DNA of 56,159 nucleotides from an uncultured Alphaproteobacteria bacterium (GTDB lineage Bacteria; Pseudomonadota; Alphaproteobacteria; RF32; CAG-239): NCBI GenBank assembly GCA_945835885.1, contig CAMAJR010000003.1, positions 1 to 56,159 of the forward strand, read 5' to 3'. Shown piece by piece: positions 46,735 to 56,159 of this stretch (position 1 is its first letter; each line of letters starts with the position of its first letter). The notes under the pieces were generated by a model. It saw only the letters and a program-made list of their open reading frames with translations, ran no database searches and was not told where the DNA came from. The position numbers and the translations under genes were made by a program.

Positions 46735-47518
46735 ATGATAAATAAAGATAGAAACTTATTTTTACAACCGCCGCAGAATATTGTTGCCGTTACATCGGGT
46801 ATCGGCAGTATGGGAAAAACTTGGCTGTCGATAACTCTGGCGCACGCGCTGAATACTCTTAAACAAAACGTTTTATTGTTTGATGCGGACAATGGTATTT
46901 TGAATGTTGAAACACAACTTGAACTTAAAAATGAGACATCTTTAAGCGATGTTTTGACCGGTAAAGCGACCTTAAATCAGGCGGTGGAACCGATAAATCG
47001 ACGCAAATTTGATGTTATCAGTGCCGCTGCGGGCAGCAATATCTTAGCGGATACGTCGATTGGTCGACTACATCTTCTTAAAGACGATTTGCTGATTTTG
47101 AGTGAGAATTATGATTACACATTGGTAGATTTGCCGGCTGAAGATAAGGTGACAAATCATCTGTTGCCGCAAGGAAGTGAGATTATTTTGGTTTGCACCG
47201 ATTCGCCGTCAAATATTGTTTCAACTTATATGTTTTTGCAAAATTTTGCGCGCACCGATAAATATAAAAACTTGCAAATTGTCGTAAATTATGCTCATTC
47301 TTATGAAGATGGAATGCAAACATATAACACGTTACGACGTGCTTGCGAAAAATATCTGATTAAAACGCCGTCACTGTTAGGGGTTATTCGGCGGGACACA
47401 CGCGTCAGAGATGCTATTCGCAATCATGTTTTGACACTTAACCGCTATCCGAGCTCCGAGGCGGCGGAAGATGTGTTGCAAATTGCGCGCAAAATACTTC
47501 AAAAAAAGGATAAAACAG

Positions 47519-47526
<8 letters not shown>
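46735..47526 (+). CDS. MinD/FlhG-family ATPase with altered Walker A
   Basis: VAVTSGIGSMGKTW, LLFDADNG..NV, LLGVIRRD.RVRDAIR...RYP.S.AA.DV. Confidence 0.8.
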
Positions 47527-49791
<2,265 letters not shown>

Positions 49792-49793
49792 AT

Positions 49794-50744
49794 ATGGCAA
49801 AACAAGAAAAAGCAAGTGCCGAGGCAATTGAAAATTTTAAGCAAGAAAATCAAAAAGACGGTATTCGTGTTTTTGTGGCGGGCGGTTCACGTTCCGGTAA
49901 CGATTCGCAATACACGGAGGAGGCCTATAATTTAGGGCGTAAAATCGTAGAAATGGATTTTAAGCTTGATTTCGGATTATCCAATCGCGGTATTATGGGG
50001 GCGGTGGCCCGCGGTGTGTTAGATGGTTGGAACGCCAAGCAAGAACAAGCCGATGACGCACCGATTCAAGGAATTACCACGGAAAAATATTTTGAATTGT
50101 ATCCGAGTGACGATGATTTGATTAAAAAAATGGATATCGTTGTGGCGCACACTTTGGAAGAACGTAAACAAAAGCTCCTAAATGCCGATTTTGTAGTGTT
50201 TGCACCGGGCGGTGTCGGCACACTTGACGAGTTGGCGTATGATTGTGTGGCAATGCAAGACGGTATGTTGGCGACAAAACCGTTTATTATATATAACATC
50301 AATGGTTTTTTTCATCACTTGCTTGAGTTTTTGAAATCAATCGCCAAGGAGGGCTTTGCCGATCCGGTGCCGTTTATTGTGGTTAATAATGCCGAAGAAT
50401 TGGAAATTGCTTTTCGTTGGCTTAAAATGAAAAAAATCGACTATGACAACAGCAATGAAGTATTTGTGATGGCGCGCAAATTGGCCTATGAATTGCCGTA
50501 TTACAGCAAGCAAAAAGAATATTACAATATGGATGTTACCACTTGTTCCGAGCGTATGGATTTTATCAAAGACCACGGCACGGATTTTGACAGGCAGGTG
50601 TTGCAAAATGAAATCCATACGGCATATTTGGAAAAAGAAATAGAAAAAATGTATGACCGATTAGCTCAAACCGGCCGAGATACAGGGGTTGTCAGTCAAA
50701 AACTCGCACAACTTAAAAAAAGACGAAAAGATATGCTTAAATGA
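49794..50744 (+). CDS. LOG-family nucleotide phosphoribohydrolase with C-terminal extension
   Basis: GIMGAVARG, EERK, PGGVGTLDE, KP.IIYNINGFF. Confidence 0.85.
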   Translation: MAKQEKASAEAIENFKQENQKDGIRVFVAGGSRSGNDSQYTEEAYNLGRKIVEMDFKLDFGLSNRGIMGAVARGVLDGWNAKQEQADDAPIQGITTEKYFELYPSDDDLIKKMDIVVAHTLEERKQKLLNADFVVFAPGGVGTLDELAYDCVAMQDGMLATKPFIIYNINGFFHHLLEFLKSIAKEGFADPVPFIVVNNAEELEIAFRWLKMKKIDYDNSNEVFVMARKLAYELPYYSKQKEYYNMDVTTCSERMDFIKDHGTDFDRQVLQNEIHTAYLEKEIEKMYDRLAQTGRDTGVVSQKLAQLKKRRKDMLK

Positions 50745-52477
50745 ATGTTTTTGCTTTTATTTTTAAATACTTACGCAAAACAAAAACTATGGTTGGGGTT
50801 ATTCTGCTGGCCCTGATTGCACGGAGTATTTCTGAGCGCGGTGAGGTTTATTCTATGGCGCAAATCATCGGATTTTTACCGCAATACACCGATGACAAAA
50901 GCGTCTTAAATCAGATAATTTTTTATATTTGCCTGCTCGGATTGTTTTTGGTGTTCGAGGGGGTTACCAACTATGTTTGGCGCTATGTCGGCGGCAAGTT
51001 TATGCCGTATTTTTGCAGTTTGGTATATAAGGATATCTTTACGGCGGTTCACCATCAGTCGGTTACGTTTTTTAATGAAGAAATGGCAGGCAAAGTTGCC
51101 TCAAAAACAAAAAACATTGTTTCCGGAATCCGTGAAATATACGCCCATATTGTGTTTGGTTTATTACGCCCGATAATAGGCATTATTGTAAGTTTATTTT
51201 TGATTTGCCGAGCCGACTGGCTTATGGGAACTTGTGTTTCCGTATTGAATCTGATTTTTATGGCGGCCATTATTTTTATTCGGCGTAAAATCGGTTCGTT
51301 TGCCGAAAAACGCGCGCGTTTCAATGCCGAAACCGATGGCGTGTTTATCGATACGGTCACCAACTCTGATTTGGTTAAAAGTTTTGCCAATTATTTTTAT
51401 GAAAAAAGCAAGTTTTATCGTGTGCTGCGCACGGCAGTTCGCACCGAACAGGAAGAACGCACAAAAGACGCATGGTTTGATTTACAAGGGAAAATAGTGT
51501 TTTATGCGGTGTATCTTCTTTCGTGTATTTGCGTGTTTTATTGTTGGTATTTGGGGCGTTTGCAATTAGCTGATGTGGTGATGACGACCTCTTTATTGAA
51601 CGGATTGATGATGGAAGTCAACAACATAGGCTTTTTTGCCGGTGAATTTGCTCAAGATTACGGACAGGTAAAAGACGGTTTGGAACTTGTGTTTCAGCCG
51701 TATCAAGTGGTTGATGCGCCAAATGCGCACAATATCAAAATGCGTGGCAGTGCCATCAATTTTGCTGACATAACGTATCATTACAACGGCAAAGAAAATT
51801 TGTTTGAAAAGTTTAATCTCAAAGTCAAATCCGGTGAAAAAGTCGGTTTAGTCGGGCATTCCGGCAGCGGTAAATCAACGCTGATAAAACTTTTGGTGCG
51901 CTATTATGATGTGGACGACGGTAAAATAATAATCGGCAGTGAAGATATACGCACCGTGAGGCAAAACAGTTTACGTGCGCAAATTGCCGTGATTCCGCAA
52001 GATACAACCTTATTTAATCGCACGATTATGGAAAATATCCGCTACGGAAACGTTAATGCGAGCGATGAAGAAGTTATAAAAGCGGCAAAAGCGGCGTATG
52101 CCGATGAATTTATTCAAGAATTGCCGAACGGATATGCAAGCAAAGTCGGCGAACGCGGTGTTATGCTCTCCGGCGGGGAGCGCCAACGAATTTCCATAGC
52201 GCGTGCGATATTAAAAAACGCGCCGATTCTGATTTTGGATGAAGCCACATCGGCACTCGACAGCGAAAGCGAGCAATATATTCAAAAATCTCTTAAAAAA
52301 TTGATGCGCGGCAAAACCGTGATTGCCATCGCGCATCGACTTTCCACCCTCAAAGAAATGGACCGTCTGATTGTTATGGATAAAGGCAAAATCATAGAAG
52401 AGGGAACTCATGCCCAACTGCTGAAAACTAAAGGCGCATACTACCATTTTTATAAAATTCAGAGCTTGCAGAAATAA
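50741..52477 (+). CDS. ABC exporter, fused permease/ATPase
   Basis: N-terminal TM domain; GHSGSGKST, LSGGERQRISIARA, ILDEATSALD, IAHRLST. Confidence 0.95.
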   Translation: MNVFAFIFKYLRKTKTMVGVILLALIARSISERGEVYSMAQIIGFLPQYTDDKSVLNQIIFYICLLGLFLVFEGVTNYVWRYVGGKFMPYFCSLVYKDIFTAVHHQSVTFFNEEMAGKVASKTKNIVSGIREIYAHIVFGLLRPIIGIIVSLFLICRADWLMGTCVSVLNLIFMAAIIFIRRKIGSFAEKRARFNAETDGVFIDTVTNSDLVKSFANYFYEKSKFYRVLRTAVRTEQEERTKDAWFDLQGKIVFYAVYLLSCICVFYCWYLGRLQLADVVMTTSLLNGLMMEVNNIGFFAGEFAQDYGQVKDGLELVFQPYQVVDAPNAHNIKMRGSAINFADITYHYNGKENLFEKFNLKVKSGEKVGLVGHSGSGKSTLIKLLVRYYDVDDGKIIIGSEDIRTVRQNSLRAQIAVIPQDTTLFNRTIMENIRYGNVNASDEEVIKAAKAAYADEFIQELPNGYASKVGERGVMLSGGERQRISIARAILKNAPILILDEATSALDSESEQYIQKSLKKLMRGKTVIAIAHRLSTLKEMDRLIVMDKGKIIEEGTHAQLLKTKGAYYHFYKIQSLQK

Positions 52478-52566
52478 ATGATTGATAAATTTGCAAAATG
52501 TAATAAAATCTTAATACAAAATCACTATGATAATCGCAAACAGATAACACGATATCGAGAAATATT

Positions 52567-55500
52567 ATGATGCATGCAAAAAAAACAATATCTACCAAAA
52601 AACGGAAAACAGCGGCCGTCTGCGCGTTGTTTGCCTTAATTACTTTTCCGCTGATATGTTCGGCGTCATTGTTTCCGTTTGGAAAGTCATCGCAATCTGC
52701 CGAAAAATGCGAAGGTCTTTTGATGTCAGAAGCGCCGTCCGGATGTTTTTATCCGTGTGCAAATCCGTATAAATTGAAAGACGGAACACAATGCTGTGCC
52801 GATACAAAATGGCGTGCCATGCCGCAAGAATATACCAGAGAAGAAAAAAATGACGCTTGCTATGATACAGATGCCGTAATGGCGGCAGACGGCGAATATT
52901 GTTACAAACAAACACCGTCGGAAACAAATTGTAAAGCCGGTTTTATTTGGAATGACTTTAATGCATCGTATGACAAAGCTCAAAAGTATTGCTCGTGTGT
53001 TGCGGTTAAGTGTCCGCAGGGCTCAAGCACTGAGAAAAAAAGCGGTTGTTACTCATATCGGGATACCGGTCAAAAATCAGGTAATAACACTTGCTGGATT
53101 TCACTGCCGCTCAGCGATAAATGTTTGGCAAATGAAACCAAAAATCCGGAAAAATGCCCGTTCGGATACACTGAAGGTGAAAAAACGGAGTGCGGAACAC
53201 AATGCTATAAATGCCGTGAACCGGACGATAATTGTCCGGCGGGACAAACTCAAAATACTCAAGATTGTTGGTATGGCTATACCCACGGCAGCAAAACGGA
53301 GGCCGGTAATCAATGCTATATGTGTAAAGACCCGACGTGTGCCTATTTTGCTTTGATTGACGATTGTAGTGCCGGTTGTGTCGGCAGCACCAAAACAACG
53401 TGCGTTCCCGTAACGCCGCAAGGAACACCGTTGCATTGTTATGAAAGAATAACAGAAACCTGTCCTCAGGGTTGTGACGGTAAAAACTGTGCCAGTAAAA
53501 AATGTGAAGATTTCGGTTATACCGACAATTGTGAAACCGGTTGCGCCAATAACGTTCGTATAACCTGTGAATCACGCGACCCCGGATACGGATTGCACTG
53601 TTTTGAAAAAATAGAAGAACCGTGCGCGTATGGTTGTGACGGAAATACTTGCAGTGTCAGAACGTGCGAAAGCGGCGGTTTTGTAAAAACTTGCACGGAC
53701 GGATGCAACGGTAATACCAATGTCAGTTGCAAACCGGTCGATTATTACGGAATGCTGTGTTATGAAAAACAAACGGAAAAGTGTGCTCAGGGTTGTGCGC
53801 CGGACGGCACATCTTGCAATCGAAAAAGTTGCGCGGACGGCGGATATGTTGATTCGTGCGGCAGCGGCTGTGTCGGTAATGTTATGACCAACTGCACGCC
53901 GCAAAGTTATTACGGCTTAAGCTGCTATGAAAAACAAACGGAAAAATGTGCGCAAGGTTGCACCCTTGACGGTTTGGATTGCAACCGCAAAACTTGCGCG
54001 GACGGCGGATATCTTTCCGCTTGCGAGCAAAAATGTGCCGATAATACCAAAACAAATTGCAAAAAAGTTGAGTATTACGGCTTAACCTGCTATGAAAAGC
54101 AAGATGTAACCTGCACTCAAGGTTGCGCGGATGACGGATTGACCTGCAATATAAAAACATGTGCGGACGGCGGTTATGTCGAGAGTTGCAAAAAAGGTTG
54201 TCGCAACAATGTCAAAACCGATTGCAAAGAAGTAGAATACTACGGTTTGACCTGTTATGAAAAAACAACCCAAACGTGTGACCAGGGCTGCGCACCGGAT
54301 AATTTTGAGTGCAATATCAAAATATGCTCCAACGGCGGTTATGTTGAGCGCTGTGTCGCCGGCTGTGCCGGAAGTGCCAAGACAACTTGCACCGAAGTCA
54401 AATATTACGGTTTGACTTGCTATGACAGACAAGTGGAAAATTGTGCGCAGGGTTGTGCACCGGACGGCAAAACTTGTAGCGATAAAACTTGCAGCGATTT
54501 TGCGGATAAAAACGGCATAAAATTGACCGATTCTTGCACGGCCGGTTGCGATGACAATACGATGGTGACTTGCCGACAGGCCAATCCGGGATACGGCTTA
54601 ACCTGCTATGTCAAAACAGCCGTTCAATGCGAAAACGGTTGCGCCGAAACAGATGAATGCAAACTTTGTCCGACCGGATTTACAACCGAAAAGAGCGGAC
54701 AATGTTACGATATGGCAGTCGGTGCCGACGGTAAAACAATATGCTACAAAGAAACATCGTGCTGTGCCAACAGCGATAGGATATATTCCGTTGAAAAACC
54801 ATCATCGGCGGCGGGCTATGATATTGTTGAGGCGCAAGGAATGCAAGGCGGATATTGCTATAAAGTCAAAAACTGTCCTGAGCCGGAAACAACAAAATGC
54901 GAAAATACCGTGTCCGATACGGAATGCACACTTTGCCAAGATACGGATAATTACAGCGGTTCAACACAATGTCGGCGTGTTGCAAAACTTTCAAACAGGT
55001 GTCCGGACGGACAAACACATAACCCGTCGGATTGTGCAAACGGCTATGTTTTAGGTAACAAAACAGAATGCGGCAACCAATGCTACGGTTGCAATTTATG
55101 TCCGGCCGGATATGTAACGCATACGAGCGCTCAATGTTATTATACGGAAACCGGCGCAGACGGCAAAACAACCTGCTATCAAAACGTAGCGTGTTGTTCT
55201 GACACAAGCAGAACTTATTCTCAAAGCCGACCGCATCCGGAAAAAGGGTATGATATAGTCAGCGCGCAGGGCTCACAAGGCGGATATTGCTACAAAGATA
55301 AAAATTGTCCTGAGCCGGAAAATATTGCTTGCGAAGAAAATATTATCGAAACACAATGCGCTGTCTGCCAAAAAACCAATAATTACAGCGGATTGACCCA
55401 ATGTCAAAAGAGAATAACCAAATCAAATGTTTGCCGAGACGGTCAAACAAAAGAGAAAGAAAATTGCAAATACGGTTATGTCCCGAGCGAAAAGACGGAA

Positions 55501-55740
55501 TGCGGCGAACAATGCTATACTTGCAAAGTATGCCCGCGCGGATATTCAATCGGTGTTAAAGCAAACTGCTATGAAGTCGAAGCCGGTGCAGACGGTGTGT
55601 CAACGTGCTATAAAGAAATAAAATGTTGCGAAAGCGAAGACAGAGCATTCAGTCCGACAAAACCGACACCGGAGAATAACTTTGATTTTGTGCCTGCTCG
55701 CGGGGTTCAGGGCGGTTATTGTTATCGGATAAAAAAATAA
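52567..55740 (+). CDS. secreted cysteine-rich modular repeat protein
   Basis: Signal-peptide-like N-terminus; eight ~55-aa 8-Cys repeats; 2.5 copies of a 144-aa Cys-rich module. Confidence 0.85.
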   Translation: MMHAKKTISTKKRKTAAVCALFALITFPLICSASLFPFGKSSQSAEKCEGLLMSEAPSGCFYPCANPYKLKDGTQCCADTKWRAMPQEYTREEKNDACYDTDAVMAADGEYCYKQTPSETNCKAGFIWNDFNASYDKAQKYCSCVAVKCPQGSSTEKKSGCYSYRDTGQKSGNNTCWISLPLSDKCLANETKNPEKCPFGYTEGEKTECGTQCYKCREPDDNCPAGQTQNTQDCWYGYTHGSKTEAGNQCYMCKDPTCAYFALIDDCSAGCVGSTKTTCVPVTPQGTPLHCYERITETCPQGCDGKNCASKKCEDFGYTDNCETGCANNVRITCESRDPGYGLHCFEKIEEPCAYGCDGNTCSVRTCESGGFVKTCTDGCNGNTNVSCKPVDYYGMLCYEKQTEKCAQGCAPDGTSCNRKSCADGGYVDSCGSGCVGNVMTNCTPQSYYGLSCYEKQTEKCAQGCTLDGLDCNRKTCADGGYLSACEQKCADNTKTNCKKVEYYGLTCYEKQDVTCTQGCADDGLTCNIKTCADGGYVESCKKGCRNNVKTDCKEVEYYGLTCYEKTTQTCDQGCAPDNFECNIKICSNGGYVERCVAGCAGSAKTTCTEVKYYGLTCYDRQVENCAQGCAPDGKTCSDKTCSDFADKNGIKLTDSCTAGCDDNTMVTCRQANPGYGLTCYVKTAVQCENGCAETDECKLCPTGFTTEKSGQCYDMAVGADGKTICYKETSCCANSDRIYSVEKPSSAAGYDIVEAQGMQGGYCYKVKNCPEPETTKCENTVSDTECTLCQDTDNYSGSTQCRRVAKLSNRCPDGQTHNPSDCANGYVLGNKTECGNQCYGCNLCPAGYVTHTSAQCYYTETGADGKTTCYQNVACCSDTSRTYSQSRPHPEKGYDIVSAQGSQGGYCYKDKNCPEPENIACEENIIETQCAVCQKTNNYSGLTQCQKRITKSNVCRDGQTKEKENCKYGYVPSEKTECGEQCYTCKVCPRGYSIGVKANCYEVEAGADGVSTCYKEIKCCESEDRAFSPTKPTPENNFDFVPARGVQGGYCYRIKK
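53332..54660 (+). repeat. eight tandem ~165-bp coding repeats
   Basis: gcggacggcgg recurs at 53833, 53998 and 54163; consensus C..GGY...C..GC..N..T.C..V.YYGL.CYEK....C.QGC..DG..C..K. Confidence 0.85.
54667..55737 (+). repeat. 2.5 tandem 432-bp coding repeats
   Basis: CPxG units start at 54667, 55099 and 55531; shared GADG...CY....CC, QGGYCY, NCPEPE, NYSG.TQC, KTECG.QCY. Confidence 0.85.
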
Positions 55741-55805
55741 CGCTTGCAAAAAAAGTCAAATGTCATATATTCAAGCCAGTTAATTTTTAGATATAGGAGA
55801 AAAAA

Positions 55806-56159
55806 ATGGCTTTAGTTTCTATGCGTCAAATTCTTGACCACGCCGCTGAGCATAATTATGGTGTTCCGGCTTTCAACATTAACAATATGGAACAAATTAT
55901 TGCGGTAATGCAAGCAGCGCAAAAAGTTAACGCGCCTGTGATTATGCAAACTTCGACCGGTGCGCGCAAATATGCCGGCGACCCGATGGTTCGTCATATG
56001 GTTGCGGCGGCAATTGAAATGTATCCGAATGTTCCGGTTTGTATTCACCAAGACCACGGCACATCGGTTGACATCTGCCAATCGGCGATTGTTAACGGCT
56101 ATTCTTCGGTTATGATGGATGGTTCATTGGAAGCAGACGGCAAAACACCGGCTTCTTTT
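55806..56159 (+). CDS. fba: class II fructose-bisphosphate aldolase (truncated by window end)
   Basis: Hand translation [30 protein letters not shown]...HQDHG...SSVMMDGSL; AGGAG RBS; absent from the ORF track because there is no stop codon. Confidence 0.95.
   Translation, partial: MALVSMRQILDHAAEHNYGVPAFNINNMEQIIAVMQAAQKVNAPVIMQTSTGARKYAGDPMVRHMVAAAIEMYPNVPVCIHQDHGTSVDICQSAIVNGYSSVMMDGSLEADGKTPASF

Noticed and set aside
53332-55737. Diversity-generating retroelement target/template repeats
   Set aside because: Repeats are in-frame tandem coding units, differences are not adenine-specific, and no reverse transcriptase is in the window.

Overview
Chromosomal, probably origin-proximal, segment of an alphaproteobacterium. 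The gene set (fzlA, rpoH, TipN/GPR-like protein, CtrA box, dusB-trkA) and the many orphan genes suggest a reduced, host-associated Rhodospirillales-like lineage; this is inference. The housekeeping backbone is dusB, trkA, typA, mnmE-mnmG-(PHP)-rsmG-parA-parB with three intragenic parS sites, dnaE, hppA, rluD, rpoH, an RND efflux operon, fzlA, tgt and fba (partial). Six accessory features stand out. (1) tRNA-Thr(GGT) is preceded by a 196-bp tandem array built from its own 5' half plus a 96-nt hairpin insert at position 37/38, and is followed by an AT-rich GIY-YIG nuclease gene. (2) A roughly 200-nt structured leader with terminator/antiterminator potential precedes an 86-aa orphan. (3) A virD4 coupling-protein operon has no virB or relaxase gene in the window but carries two paralogous membrane proteins, one with a NERD-like domain. 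(4) Several stand-alone effector-like orphans are scattered through the window (HExxH plus LPD7-like protein, kinase-like protein, 720-aa protein). (5) A candidate Na+-riboswitch-like leader precedes hppA. (6) A 1057-aa secreted Cys-rich modular repeat protein lies near the right end. All family assignments come from motif recognition by eye; no searches were run.
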